A program made the translations under genes and the position numbers. Below the pieces are notes generated by a model that was not told the origin of the DNA, searched no databases, and worked only from the letters and a program-made list of their open reading frames with translations. Positions 37,817-48,834 of a stretch of DNA of 64,000 nt are shown piece by piece (positions within the stretch are counted from its first letter, which is position 1; every line of letters starts with the position of its first letter). This DNA comes from Candidatus Borrarchaeum weybense. GTDB lineage: Archaea > Asgardarchaeota > Sifarchaeia > Borrarchaeales > Borrarchaeaceae. The stretch spans positions 96,001-160,000 of the forward strand of contig JAHQJS010000008.1 of NCBI GenBank assembly GCA_019057385.1, given 5' to 3'.

Positions 37817-38222
37817 ATAACCTCCGCAATAAGACTTCATCCGCTAGGGTGGAGATGAATTGCGGTATATTTCTTTGTAAAGTGGTGGGCACCTCCCCTT
37901 TTTGCTGGGACAAGAGCAGGTGCCCCGAACTATATTTAACGACCTGTAAAGGTCAGCTCCGCAACCGCGGGTAGGTCCTCATCGCCAATGTTGGGGCAGG
38001 CACAAAACATGATGATGGTGCAGGTCTCAGGATAGCGACCTGGGTCGTCCACCATGTCTTTCAGAGCCCGGAACTTGAGGAGCATTCCAGGGTGATTTTC
38101 AGACACTCAGCACCGAACGTAGTTCATCTGCCTCCACCCTGAAGGAGACATCACTCAGGCTAATCTCTTACCCCTCTACAGGGACTTTTTCAAGCCCCTT
38201 CCGTCAGGGAGGGGTAGTTGAC
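37817..38222 (-). mobile_element. Non-autonomous IscB-type element: stand-alone omega RNA (HEARO-like), no ORF
   Basis: GTCAACTACCCC-hairpin-GGGGCTTG..GATTAGCCTGAG..CTACGTT..CACCCTGGAATGCTCCTCAAGTTCC..AACATTGGCGATGAGGA, then the opposite end hairpin and ATAAA. Confidence 0.88.
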
Positions 38223-38453
38223 ATGCTTCTTTGACTTGCACCATTTTTCTTTCGGAACTTTATAATTGTTTCTGTCATAACTTGTAAACGATGATTCCCT
38301 TATAGTCTGTTTAACAAAAAAATCTTATACTATTTTGCATTATCTCCAAAATAAGTCCTTTCTTACATATTCATTGAATTTCTGAATCTTTTTTCATGAA
38401 AGTTTAACCAGAAATTGCTCGTAGAGATTCAAGTTACACAAAAGGTAAAAACG

Positions 38454-39155
38454 ATGAAAATAGCCATAATATCTGATATCCATTCAAATTTAGAAGCCTT
38501 TAATGCAGTACTCCGAGATATTGGGGAAGTAGAGTGTGTTTTATGTGTTGGAGATTTGGTGGGTTATGGACCAGATCCAAATAAAGTAATTGAACTTCTT
38601 AAAATATTAGGTATAAAATCTGTAATGGGAAATCACGATTACGCTACTATCACAAATTCAGCGCAAATTTTTAATGAAATTGCAGCAGAAGCAATTTATT
38701 GGAGTCATAGAACTATTACAGAAGAGAATATGAAACTACTTGCTTCTTTACCCGAGCATATGTTGGTTGAGTTCGATAATTTGTCATTATATCTTGTTCA
38801 TGGAAGTCCTCGTGATCCATTAAACGAATATGTTATTCCTAATACGCCTGATGAATTGTTATTACAATTTCTAAGTCAGACTAATACAAATTGTTTAATC
38901 ATGGGTCATACCCACCTTCCTTTTTATATAGACTTCAAAGAAAAAAACACAGGGATCGTATTAAATCCAGGAAGCGTCGGACAACCAAGGGACCATGATC
39001 CGCGTGCAAGTTATTGCATTATTGACTATGATGAGGATGAGAAGGTCACTGTCACGCTAAAGAGAGTAGATTATGATATTAAAAAAGTAAGTGAAAAAAT
39101 CCGAAAGGCAGGTCTTCCAGAGTTTCTTGCTGAGAGATTGTTCCATGGCCGTTAG
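38454..39155 (+). CDS. Metallophosphoesterase (calcineurin-like)
   Basis: SDIHSN, GDLVGYG, GNHD, HGSP, GHTH, NPGSVGQPRD. Confidence 0.93.
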   Translation: MKIAIISDIHSNLEAFNAVLRDIGEVECVLCVGDLVGYGPDPNKVIELLKILGIKSVMGNHDYATITNSAQIFNEIAAEAIYWSHRTITEENMKLLASLPEHMLVEFDNLSLYLVHGSPRDPLNEYVIPNTPDELLLQFLSQTNTNCLIMGHTHLPFYIDFKEKNTGIVLNPGSVGQPRDHDPRASYCIIDYDEDEKVTVTLKRVDYDIKKVSEKIRKAGLPEFLAERLFHGR

Positions 39156-39211
39156 ATTTGAAAATTGAACTACAGTTTCTCTATGGTTCCTAATAAACTG
39201 AGCTGAATCCC

Positions 39212-39763
39212 ATGGCATTAGATTTGAGTCTAATAATGTTCCTACAAGCAATTTGGTTTATTCTCCCTGCATATGCTGCGAATGGGCTGCCAGTACTCTT
39301 TGGAGGCGGGCCACCAATTGATTTTGGTAAGACTCTCAATGAAAAGCGCATATTTGGAGATGGAAAAACAATTCGTGGTTTTATTGGAGGCGTTATATCT
39401 GGAACGCTTGTTGGATTAACACTCTTTTATGTTGGCCCGATATTGAATCAGTCAATTCCTGAGAGTCAGGGTCTTATAGAACTCTCATATAATCCCATAG
39501 TAGCCTTATTAATTTCCGTAGGGGCTTTAATTGGTGACCTTGTTGGATCTTTCATCAAACGACGTTTAAATCTGAAACGCGGAGCCCCTGCTCCAGTTCT
39601 TGATCAAATCACGTTTCTTGTTTTTGCCTTTTTATTCGCTTTGTTAATAATTAGACCCATTCCTCTTGAATATGTTATTTTCCTTATTCCTTTGACTTTA
39701 GGGTTACATCTTTTCACAAATTTTATAAGTTGGCTTATTGGGATCAAAAAGGTACCTTACTGA
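39212..39763 (+). CDS. carS: CDP-archaeol synthase (DUF46)
   Basis: PAYAAN, PIDFG, GDGKTIRG, GDLVGSFIKRR, LDQ, KKVPY. Confidence 0.93.
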   Translation: MALDLSLIMFLQAIWFILPAYAANGLPVLFGGGPPIDFGKTLNEKRIFGDGKTIRGFIGGVISGTLVGLTLFYVGPILNQSIPESQGLIELSYNPIVALLISVGALIGDLVGSFIKRRLNLKRGAPAPVLDQITFLVFAFLFALLIIRPIPLEYVIFLIPLTLGLHLFTNFISWLIGIKKVPY

Positions 39764-39779
39764 CTTTCTGGGTGAAAGC

Positions 39780-40583
39780 ATGGCTACAATTGGACTGTTA
39801 GTTTCAAATCCTAGAATCTATTATAGAATAACAAAACTTCTTAAAAATCATGATATTGGTTTTAGATCTCTTACATCCGGCGAAATCCCTCCTTCTGACC
39901 TTTTACTTTTAATAACAACAAAAAGCGAGGATTCTATGATCTTAGAGAATGTGGAAAAATTGTATATTTCTGCTGATACACCTAACAACTACATCTTAGC
40001 TCGTATCACTGCATTTCTGCATTCTCGCATCACTGCATTTGAGGAAATTGTAATTGGAGTAGATCCAGGATTTTCGTCATTTGGAATCGCAATTTTTGGT
40101 GATAGTGTGCTTATTGAAACAATCACCACTTTCAATGTCCAAGAAACTTATCAAAAACTTGTCCAAGTCACTAAGCTTTATGAAACAGACAAAAAAATCA
40201 TTAAAATAGGTTCAAGCGAATCTTTTTGCCGCACACACCTACTTTCAATCTTATTACCGTATTGTTTAGAACATAAAATTCTAATTGAAGAAGTTAACGA
40301 GGAACGAACAAGTATTTCAAGTCTACCAACTGACATTGATTCTAAGGAAAAGTCAAAAGATGTAATTGCAGCCATCCATATTGCTATGCGAGAAGGTGAA
40401 CCACTTCATGATTATAAACGCGAAATTAAGGAAGGCGAGATTAAACTTTTGCAGGAAAAAAGTCGACAATTAACCAACGGAAAAATAAGTATCAGCCGAT
40501 ACCTTGCATTACAAGTTGCTGAAGGTAAATTAAGCTTGGATGATGCATTACGTCTACATCAGAGTGAAAATTGTGCAACATGA
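39780..40583 (+). CDS. Conserved hypothetical protein with RNase H/YqgF-like motif
   Basis: IGVDPG, VNEERTS, DVIAAIHIA. Confidence 0.55.
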   Translation: MATIGLLVSNPRIYYRITKLLKNHDIGFRSLTSGEIPPSDLLLLITTKSEDSMILENVEKLYISADTPNNYILARITAFLHSRITAFEEIVIGVDPGFSSFGIAIFGDSVLIETITTFNVQETYQKLVQVTKLYETDKKIIKIGSSESFCRTHLLSILLPYCLEHKILIEEVNEERTSISSLPTDIDSKEKSKDVIAAIHIAMREGEPLHDYKREIKEGEIKLLQEKSRQLTNGKISISRYLALQVAEGKLSLDDALRLHQSENCAT

Positions 40584-40673
40584 ACATCTCATAAAGAGAA
40601 TTCAATAAACTTGAGTTTAATATGATATATTAGACTTTATTATAGAATTTATAGCAGAAATGGTTGGAAATGA

Positions 40674-41954
40674 GTGTCTATTCACAAAATAAAGAGTGGA
40701 GAAACTCTTATTGTTGAAGGTCCTGCACGAATAGTTGTAGATGAAGGTGAATTAACACTAATTGGGGCTCCAATTAGACAGGGAGATGCCATTGTTATTA
40801 AGAAATCAAGACATGTTGCTATGGAAGGGGCTACAGATTCCACACTCAAAATTTCCCTCGGTGCTAGTGCCCATGTAGATCTTCTGAATACATCATCTAT
40901 TCCTCTTGAATGGAAAGAACTCGCTGCAACTCTTAACAAACATATTTTACCTTTTTGTGCTGTGTTTTTTGGAGACGTAGATACAGGTAAAACAACTTTC
41001 GTCACGTATCTTGCTAATCTTTTCTATCAATGGGGTAAGAAAACAGCGATTTTAAGCACTGATCTCGGACAAGGCTTTCCAGGACTAATTACTTTGTACC
41101 AACTTGAGACTCCAATTATTGATATGGCTGAAATAACGCCCACAGATGCGTTCTTCGTAGGTTCAACAACTCCCGACTGTTTTGAGAATAGGGTAATGAT
41201 TGGAATCGAAGCGATGCTTAAGAAAGCAGAATCGTTAGGAATTGAGGCACTTTTTGTGGATACAACGGGCTGGGTATATGGCTTTAAAGCAAGAGAATTA
41301 AAAAAATCGCTGATACAACTCATTCAGCCAGATTTACTTATAGTAGTGGAGCGAGAACGAGAATTGGAGCATCTTATAAGACCTTTTTTAAATTCAACAA
41401 AAGTCCATCGTATGCCGGTTTCACCAAAAATACGTTACAGAGATCGAACAGATAGAAAGTTTTTGAGAGAATCTATGCTTTCGAAACAATTGTCAGGCTC
41501 GGATACTATCACATTCCATTTTAAGGAAGTTAGTTTTCTTAATTCATTTCTAAATACAGGAGAGATAGTATCAGGTCCACTAAGTGAAAAAATTTGTGAA
41601 ATTGTTGGGTATGTTCCTAAATATGTTGAATTATGTCAGGATGCGATTCTTATTGCAGAAGATCCCGAAACGCCACTCTCTGAAAATATGATTGAAAAGT
41701 TTCAAGAAGAATTCCCACATTTGCCAATCCAAATTATTAACGCAAAAATTATTGAAAATGTGCTTGTTGGCTTAATCGACTTACAAAATACGTTTCTTGG
41801 CTATGGTGTGATAACAAACATTGACTTCTTTAAACACCTAATAACTATCTATACACCAGTTTCTAAAGAGCATATCGCTTCCATTCAATTTGGATCCATT
41901 AAAGTAACCCAAGACGGTCAAGAACTCTGTTGGATCCATCCATGGACTTTTTAA
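40674..41954 (+). CDS. Clp1/Grc3/Nol9-family polynucleotide 5'-kinase
   Basis: GDVDTGKTT, DLGQ, VDTTGWV, R...R...RE lid, N-terminal VEGPA beta domain. Confidence 0.88.
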   Translation: MSIHKIKSGETLIVEGPARIVVDEGELTLIGAPIRQGDAIVIKKSRHVAMEGATDSTLKISLGASAHVDLLNTSSIPLEWKELAATLNKHILPFCAVFFGDVDTGKTTFVTYLANLFYQWGKKTAILSTDLGQGFPGLITLYQLETPIIDMAEITPTDAFFVGSTTPDCFENRVMIGIEAMLKKAESLGIEALFVDTTGWVYGFKARELKKSLIQLIQPDLLIVVERERELEHLIRPFLNSTKVHRMPVSPKIRYRDRTDRKFLRESMLSKQLSGSDTITFHFKEVSFLNSFLNTGEIVSGPLSEKICEIVGYVPKYVELCQDAILIAEDPETPLSENMIEKFQEEFPHLPIQIINAKIIENVLVGLIDLQNTFLGYGVITNIDFFKHLITIYTPVSKEHIASIQFGSIKVTQDGQELCWIHPWTF

Positions 41955-42089
41955 TGTTTATCTCATAGTTATAAAAACTTCTAGGTTGTCAACAAAATTT
42001 TATAGAATATTTTCAAATACGTTGAGTTATTTAGCTCAATCCTAGAAACAGTGTTTTCCCGCAGGATTTAAAAATGTGTTTTCATACAT

Positions 42090-42911
42090 GTGATGGGTGA
42101 GTCTTTGAACGCTCTACTTCTATGGATCCGAATTATTGCTGCATTTGGACCACTTATTTACGCCTCCATATCTGATTTACGTACACGTATGGTAGAGCAT
42201 GAATTGATCTGGCTAATCATGATAATTACTGGTATAATCATTACATTTTTTGAAGCCATGGTGTTTCAAGATCTTCGTATTTTGTTAGACCTTGCAATTA
42301 ATGTAGGTTTGTCCTTCGTTGTAGCGTTTCTTTTATTCTATGCTGGTCTTTTCGGAGGTGCTGATGGAAAGGCACTTATCAGTCTTTCATTTCTTTTCCC
42401 GAGAACTCCTTTACAATTTTTTAATTGGGGGTTTAGACCATTACTGCCTTTCTTTTTTCTTACTATATTTAGCAACGCATTACTTCTCACAGTATTAATA
42501 CCTTTAGTGCTAGCAGTAATCAATCTTGCTGATTATTTCACTAATAAAGAATTATTTTATGGAATAGAAAATGAACCTTTATGGAAAAAAGCACTCGTTG
42601 TGTTCATAGGTTTTCGAACGAACATTCCACCACCTCAGCACGTATATCCCTTATTAGAACTTGTAGAAGTGAAAGGAATTCTAACACCGCAATTAAAACT
42701 ATTCGATAAAATTTCCACAGAATCCGAAGAAGTCGATGGTAAGAACTTACAAACGATAAAAGAGTTTTTATACGAGAATGCAGAACCCAAAATAGAGAAG
42801 TTGTGGGTGAGCCCAGGTATACCTTTCATAATCCCAATAACATTTGGTCTCCTTACAGCACTTATAGTTGGTGATTTACTACTCTTAATAATAAGTTTAT
42901 TGATAGTTTAA
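42090..42911 (+). CDS. Prepilin peptidase (A24, FlaK/PibD-like)
   Basis: ASISDLRTR, FGGADGKA, WVSPGIPFIIPI. Confidence 0.9.
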   Translation: MMGESLNALLLWIRIIAAFGPLIYASISDLRTRMVEHELIWLIMIITGIIITFFEAMVFQDLRILLDLAINVGLSFVVAFLLFYAGLFGGADGKALISLSFLFPRTPLQFFNWGFRPLLPFFFLTIFSNALLLTVLIPLVLAVINLADYFTNKELFYGIENEPLWKKALVVFIGFRTNIPPPQHVYPLLELVEVKGILTPQLKLFDKISTESEEVDGKNLQTIKEFLYENAEPKIEKLWVSPGIPFIIPITFGLLTALIVGDLLLLIISLLIV

Positions 42912-42940
42912 TAAGAAAATCAGCCCTCTCTTAAGTATTA

Positions 42941-44602
42941 ATGGAGTTGAAAGCCATGGGGAGAGACCCAGTTGTAGAAGAAAAAGATATGGATAAAGCA
43001 AAGGAGAAAGATCTCCCCACAGATTTCGTCCTTCCAGAGGATATGGAATTTAAAGACATTGCCGCAGAATTTTCAGATCCGTCTTCTGAGGCTGCGCCAA
43101 TTACACCAGAAACCATACCACAACTTGAAGAAACCTACCCTCTTATCCCGCCTTTTGCATATACACTCATACAAACGGATCCGGATACAAAGCAAACGCG
43201 TTACATGGTTGTAGAGGTTCCATTATCAGAAGAAGAGACTACGACCTTCAACATGATTCGCGAAATCTTAACAGAAGAACTTGAACTTGATTTTTCCTTA
43301 CTTAGAGACAGAGAAAAGACAGATGAATATCTCAAGCAAACTATAATGCGAATCATAAGAGATTACGCGATAAAACTTGATGAACGAAGTCTTGATAAAA
43401 TTGTATATTACATTACACGAGATTATATTGGATTTGGAACACTTGAGCCACTTCTTCGCGATCATATGATAGAGGACATATCCTGCGATGGTGTAGGAGT
43501 TCCTATCTACATATGGCATCGTAAATACGATTCAATTCCAACAAATATTCTATATGACGAAGATAAAGATGTAGATAGTGTTGTTATAAAAATGGCGCAA
43601 CGCGCAGGTCGCCACATATCTATTGCTAGTCCACTTCTAGATGCGTCCCTTCCTGATGGATCCCGAGTTCAATTGACACTAGGAAGAGAAGTAACTCAAA
43701 ATGGATCTACTTTTACTATAAGAAAATTTAGGGCCGATCCATTAACAATTACTGATCTCGTCATGTTTAATACATTAAGTGTGGAAATGGCAGCATATCT
43801 TTGGTTCTGTATCGAAAACAGACATTCGGCACTCATTGCAGGAGGCATCGCTTCTGGCAAGACCACACTTCTCAATTCGCTATCTATGTTTATTCTCCCT
43901 GACCTTAAGATCATCTCAATAGAAGATACAGCTGAATTAAATATTCCACATGAAAATTGGATACCATCTGTTGCTAGAACAGGTTTTGGCGCTGAAAAAG
44001 CTGGACGAAAGCGTGGTCAGATCACGTTATTCGACTTATTAAAAGCCGCACTTCGTCAAAGACCGGATTACATCCTAGTAGGAGAAATCAGAGGAGCGGA
44101 AGCCTATAGTCTGTTCCAAGCTATGGCAACAGGTCATCTTGGAATGGCAACAATTCATGGTGATTCAGTAACTTCTGTTATGCATCGTTTAACCTCAGAA
44201 CCTATGAATATTCCCAGAGCCCTACTTGCTTCACTAGACATTGTTGTAGTTCAAAGAAAAATTCGTTATGGCGGGAAATCTATAAGGCGTAGTATCGCCC
44301 TCCAAGAAATGATAGGATTGGATCCTGTCACAAGGGAACTTTTAACGAACAGGGCATTTGTTTGGAATGCACAGGACGATTCTCACCAATACCTTGGCCG
44401 AAGCGTTATCCTTGAAAAAATTATGGATGCTATAGGTGTGTCCGAAAGAGATATATGGGACGAAATCGAGAGACGCAAGATAGTACTCCGATGGATGGTA
44501 AAAAATCGAATTAGATATTATGAAGACGTTGCAAACGTAATTCGTGAATATGTGGCCGCTCCTGAAGAAACCTATGAAAAAGCCAGGAGAGGTCTAACGT
44601 AG
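42941..44602 (+). CDS. Type IV pilus assembly ATPase
   Basis: GGIASGKTT, SIEDTAE, LRQRPDYILVGEIRG, TGH...TIH. Confidence 0.95.
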   Translation: MELKAMGRDPVVEEKDMDKAKEKDLPTDFVLPEDMEFKDIAAEFSDPSSEAAPITPETIPQLEETYPLIPPFAYTLIQTDPDTKQTRYMVVEVPLSEEETTTFNMIREILTEELELDFSLLRDREKTDEYLKQTIMRIIRDYAIKLDERSLDKIVYYITRDYIGFGTLEPLLRDHMIEDISCDGVGVPIYIWHRKYDSIPTNILYDEDKDVDSVVIKMAQRAGRHISIASPLLDASLPDGSRVQLTLGREVTQNGSTFTIRKFRADPLTITDLVMFNTLSVEMAAYLWFCIENRHSALIAGGIASGKTTLLNSLSMFILPDLKIISIEDTAELNIPHENWIPSVARTGFGAEKAGRKRGQITLFDLLKAALRQRPDYILVGEIRGAEAYSLFQAMATGHLGMATIHGDSVTSVMHRLTSEPMNIPRALLASLDIVVVQRKIRYGGKSIRRSIALQEMIGLDPVTRELLTNRAFVWNAQDDSHQYLGRSVILEKIMDAIGVSERDIWDEIERRKIVLRWMVKNRIRYYEDVANVIREYVAAPEETYEKARRGLT

Positions 44603-44614
44603 GAGTCGTTAAAT

Positions 44615-45517
44615 ATGAGTAAACAATTAAAGAAAATCGCCTACCTACAATTTGGTAAATTAGTAGAACCATATCTTAACAGATTTCAAAACCTTGGTGC
44701 AGCTTTAAAAAGAGCAAGTATTGAAATTAGCCTTCGAACTTACCTTAGTATGGCTCTTTTTTCATCATTAATTGCACTTATTGTAGGATTTATTGTACCG
44801 TTTGTAGTTTTATGGGCTTTTTTGGGTCTATTTACAGTCTTATGGTTAACATTTTGGCAGTCTTACATTGTCCCAATTATACTTGCGATAGCCTCTGCGA
44901 TTATCACTTTTCTAGGCTTTTACGCTTACCCATTTCTCATGGCTTCTGGCCGTAAGAAAACACTTGATTCAATTCTACCTGCTGCTGCCAGTTATATGGC
45001 GGCCATGGCAAGTGCAGGTGTTCCCCCGGATAAAATATTCATCTCTCTCTCATCAAGTGATGTAGAAATGGCTCTATCTGAAGAAGCAAGAACAATCTCG
45101 CGAGATCTAGAGATCTTTGGATACGATATTCTTAAAACGCTACAAGAAGCTTCTAAACGTTCACCTTCCCGAAAATTTGCGACGTTTTTGGAAGGCATGA
45201 TCGCCACGATTACATCAGGAGGCGACCTGACTAGATATCTTGCAACTGAAACAAAGACTTTAATGCGTGATAAAGAAGTTGAAACAAGAGAGTATATTGA
45301 GTCATTGGGAATCTTCGCAGAACTGTATCTGACTGCAGCGGTCGTGGGTCCCTTGTTCTTTGTGATCATGTTCTCTATATTAGGGGCACTAGGTGGAGGC
45401 GCAGTAGGATTTGGACTTCCACCAACTGTATTGTTGTCTTTACTGGTGTATGTATTAATCCCCGTCTTTGAAGCTTTCTTTATTATTTTAATAGACTCTA
45501 CACAACCAGCTGAATGA
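44615..45517 (+). CDS. Type IV pilus membrane platform protein (TadC/T2SS-F)
   Basis: TM-soluble-TM layout, SPS..F..FL.G...TI.SGGDL. Confidence 0.9.
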   Translation: MSKQLKKIAYLQFGKLVEPYLNRFQNLGAALKRASIEISLRTYLSMALFSSLIALIVGFIVPFVVLWAFLGLFTVLWLTFWQSYIVPIILAIASAIITFLGFYAYPFLMASGRKKTLDSILPAAASYMAAMASAGVPPDKIFISLSSSDVEMALSEEARTISRDLEIFGYDILKTLQEASKRSPSRKFATFLEGMIATITSGGDLTRYLATETKTLMRDKEVETREYIESLGIFAELYLTAAVVGPLFFVIMFSILGALGGGAVGFGLPPTVLLSLLVYVLIPVFEAFFIILIDSTQPAE

Positions 45518-45535
45518 AATAGGAGTGAGTTAATA

Positions 45536-46414
45536 ATGCCAAAAGTTTCACAAGAACGAATAAAGTACTTATGGACAATTTCGTCCATTATAGGAATCCT
45601 AATAATTGCTGTAGGAATCATTTTGCCGCTATTAGGTCTTTATATTCGGTTAATACTATTGTTTACTGCTATAATGACCCCAACAGACTTCTTCATCTTG
45701 GGTTTGCTAGTTATTATCACTCCACCAGCATCAGCATATTTCGTAGATCAAAGATGGAGGAATGGAATCGATAATAACCTTCCACAATTGCTAAGAGATA
45801 TTTCAGATGCTCAAAGAACTGGATTATCTTTGCCCAGAGCTATCTTAGAGTCTTCTAAAAGAGAATATGGTCCCTTGACTACTGAATTAAAAAAGATGGC
45901 CGCGAAGATTTCGTGGGGAGTTTCCTTTAGAGAAGCGATGCAAGCTTTATCTGAGACCGCGGACACACCCCTGGTTCGAAGGGCATCTGTTCTAATTCTA
46001 GAAGCGGAGCGATTTGGAGGCGCTGCTGAGGATGTATTCGAATCAGCACACACCCATGTCGTTGAGTTATTAACGATTCGTAAGGAACGCGCAGGGCAGA
46101 TCAGACCTTACATCTTCATCATATACGCTGCTTTCTTAGTTTTCTTGTTCGTTTGTATCGTTTTAATTACTACCTTTTTCGGTCCGATGGCTACTCAAGC
46201 AGGTGCAGGTCTATTTGCTCTAGCCATTGACATAGACTACATGAATACTCTTTTCTTACATATGTTAGTTGTAGAAGGATTTTTCGGTGGTCTTGTGGCT
46301 GGAAAAATGGGTGAAGCAGAATTACGCGCTGGATTAAAGCATAGCGTATTGTTGGTTGCTTTAGGGTGGATAATCTTCCGCGCGGTAATAATACTGGGCA
46401 TTAGCCTCGTTTAA
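45536..46414 (+). CDS. Second membrane platform protein (TadC/T2SS-F)
   Basis: LPQLLRDI..AQRTG.SL, YGPLT.E, AGKMGE...GLKH. Confidence 0.9.
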   Translation: MPKVSQERIKYLWTISSIIGILIIAVGIILPLLGLYIRLILLFTAIMTPTDFFILGLLVIITPPASAYFVDQRWRNGIDNNLPQLLRDISDAQRTGLSLPRAILESSKREYGPLTTELKKMAAKISWGVSFREAMQALSETADTPLVRRASVLILEAERFGGAAEDVFESAHTHVVELLTIRKERAGQIRPYIFIIYAAFLVFLFVCIVLITTFFGPMATQAGAGLFALAIDIDYMNTLFLHMLVVEGFFGGLVAGKMGEAELRAGLKHSVLLVALGWIIFRAVIILGISLV

Positions 46415-46441
46415 ACATTCTTACTTGGAGGCAACATTTGA

Positions 46442-47056
46442 ATGACTAAAATCGGCGAAGAGTTGCAAAGCCTTAACGAAAAGATTGAAGAAATAAGTCA
46501 GAAAATGCAGAAAATTGGGTTCCTCATTGTTCAGTTAATTAACCGTCTTCCAGAAGAAGAAGAAAAAGTTACAAATAGTACAGAAGCAACAGATATTACT
46601 TCGCTCGAATCATTAGTTGCTCAAACTTTGACAAAAGCACTTGAAGGACAACTTCCAAGAATAATAAAAAACGAATTACGTTCTCAAATTGAAGGTAATG
46701 AAAAAATTAATGCAATTTATGATGAAATCAAGAGATCTCCTCGAATGGATTCATCAATTATTAATGAACTTAAAGAGAAAGTCTTTCCCCTCTTGACAGA
46801 AATGAAAACTGGTGATAGTGAAAATATCCAAAAAATAGAACAATACATGCTTAGCATCCGAAATGAACTCGAAAAACTAACTAGCGGGAAAATTAAAGAA
46901 GCTGAAGAAGTTATGAATCGATCTACAGCTTTGTTGGAAAAAGGATTGGCTCTCGTAGAGCTTGAATCTTTACTTAGAGAAATCAAGAGTTATCTTGAGG
47001 AACTTGTAATGGGTAACAAAGTGATCAAAGATTTAGATATCAATTCAAAGTTATAA
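46442..47056 (+). CDS. Coiled-coil hypothetical protein in pilus operon
   Basis: E/K/L-rich helical sequence, SD GGAGG. Confidence 0.6.
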   Translation: MTKIGEELQSLNEKIEEISQKMQKIGFLIVQLINRLPEEEEKVTNSTEATDITSLESLVAQTLTKALEGQLPRIIKNELRSQIEGNEKINAIYDEIKRSPRMDSSIINELKEKVFPLLTEMKTGDSENIQKIEQYMLSIRNELEKLTSGKIKEAEEVMNRSTALLEKGLALVELESLLREIKSYLEELVMGNKVIKDLDINSKL

Positions 47057-47068
47057 TTCGGAGGAACG

Positions 47069-48349
47069 GTGTTATTGAGTTTAAGTCGATTTAAATCTAT
47101 CATATGGAGATTTTTCAAAGATAAAGTAGGACAGATGCAAGCAGTTGATTTTGCTATCGCTCTATCAATTTTTCTTATTGCTTTTTCTCAGGTATTGGGA
47201 ATGGCAATAAATTCTACAACTGCTATCACTGAACAAACAACTCAAGACCATGTTTATATCGCAGGCAGCACTCTCTCAAATTATATATTAACCAATGATG
47301 GTGGATTCGATTGGGATGATACAAGTAGTAGTAATTTAGAGCATGCAAATGGATATGCATTAGGCTTAGCGAATGAAACAGATTCTCCAGCCTATACCCT
47401 TCACCCTAATGCTTTAGCACGACTAGATCCAGAATCCAAGTATTATCTTCCAATTATCGATGAAACGCAATATGGAATACAAGATCCTTATTATGACTCA
47501 GCATATCATGAGTACATTCACCCTACTGATGACTTTAACGCTCATAGCGCTTTAAATATTCCCTATGGAGAACGATTTTACTTTGGCCTTCACTCTCTCA
47601 TAAGACTCAATCTAAATTATACGTTGGATCCCCTCACAGACCAATTAACTTTAACTACATGGGTTACTGATAATGGACAAAATCTGACTAATTCGAAGGT
47701 TAGCAACATCAGACACTATCTCATAGATTCACAAGGGAGTGTTAGAATAAGTAGAAGTTCTTCGGATGCTGTGATAACAGATACCATTGATCTTACTGGA
47801 CGACCTTATGGTTATTATGCTTATGTGGGACGAGTAGAAACAACAGGTGGTAATTTTGACTTTCGTTACACCATTATTGATTTTAATGCCGACACTATCG
47901 ATTATAGCACCCTTAAAGTTAATACTACATTACTTGAAAGGAGTTCACGTGACGGAGAACTCCATTTATGGTGGGATGGCGAATCTGGCGATATTCATGC
48001 GAACTATACAGTGATTCGTCCAGATGGTAGCACTGCAGAGTCTAGTCTCCATGTTAACAACCATTCGATGTACGAGGATTTGGATTCCTTAGGTGCGAAT
48101 AATCCTGTTATGGTAGTTGTCCGAGCCTACGATGACAATCAAAATCATGCAGTGACATTTACAGCTCTCCCATTACTATTTGATAGTGATGTACGTCCTA
48201 CACATCAATCGGACCTTACCCATGAATATATCCGTTCAATTTACGGCATTTCTCCTACAGAAGGCGCAGTTTATACTGAGTATATCCATAAATATGTTTC
48301 TGTCAGAGGAATGGTTTTTGAAGCTACTGTATGCTATTGGAGACGTTAA
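47069..48349 (+). CDS. Large minor pilin / adhesin-like protein
   Basis: Class III signal KDKVG|QMQAVDF plus hydrophobic helix. Confidence 0.75.
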   Translation: MLLSLSRFKSIIWRFFKDKVGQMQAVDFAIALSIFLIAFSQVLGMAINSTTAITEQTTQDHVYIAGSTLSNYILTNDGGFDWDDTSSSNLEHANGYALGLANETDSPAYTLHPNALARLDPESKYYLPIIDETQYGIQDPYYDSAYHEYIHPTDDFNAHSALNIPYGERFYFGLHSLIRLNLNYTLDPLTDQLTLTTWVTDNGQNLTNSKVSNIRHYLIDSQGSVRISRSSSDAVITDTIDLTGRPYGYYAYVGRVETTGGNFDFRYTIIDFNADTIDYSTLKVNTTLLERSSRDGELHLWWDGESGDIHANYTVIRPDGSTAESSLHVNNHSMYEDLDSLGANNPVMVVVRAYDDNQNHAVTFTALPLLFDSDVRPTHQSDLTHEYIRSIYGISPTEGAVYTEYIHKYVSVRGMVFEATVCYWRR

Positions 48350-48363
48350 TGAGAGGGTAAAGA

Positions 48364-48828
48364 ATGAGAATGAAATTTCTAATTCGCGGAAAGAAGGGTC
48401 AGATTCATACTCTTGAGGCAATAGTAGCTGTTGTAATTATGATCATTTTTGCGTTCTCAGTATTTCAGTTCTATTCTGTTCAAGCCTATGAGTCACAATC
48501 AGTAGAGGATCTCAAGGAGCGAGGAAGAAGCGCTTTAACCGCTTTGGATGCTTCAGGAAAGTTAAAGGATTGGGTTGCCTTTGACGATGGAGATGATGAT
48601 GACAATCTTAAAGCAGCATTACAAGAGATGCTACCCTCTGACACAGGATTTAACCTAGCTGTGTTTAGAGATAGTTTGGATGGCACACTTGTAGATTCTG
48701 TAAACTATGGAGAATCACCGCCTCCAGATAAACCGATTGCCACTGTAAATTATGTGGTATGTATAGGTTACACAGGTGATATTGATGATGATGTACGATA
48801 CATAAAATTTCAGCTTTGGTATATTTGA
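48364..48828 (+). CDS. Minor pilin
   Basis: KKG|QIHTLEA plus hydrophobic helix. Confidence 0.8.
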   Translation: MRMKFLIRGKKGQIHTLEAIVAVVIMIIFAFSVFQFYSVQAYESQSVEDLKERGRSALTALDASGKLKDWVAFDDGDDDDNLKAALQEMLPSDTGFNLAVFRDSLDGTLVDSVNYGESPPPDKPIATVNYVVCIGYTGDIDDDVRYIKFQLWYI

Positions 48829-48834
48829 GGAATA

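Noticed and set aside
37757-37974. ORF-track extension of the OSTC gene and small ORFs such as 37120-37332, 60442-60627, 60687-60887
   Set aside because: They lie in or run into structured non-coding elements; likely spurious
42941-46414. Archaellum operon
   Set aside because: No ArlH, ArlF/G or chemotaxis genes; two TadC genes and minor pilins fit a pilus
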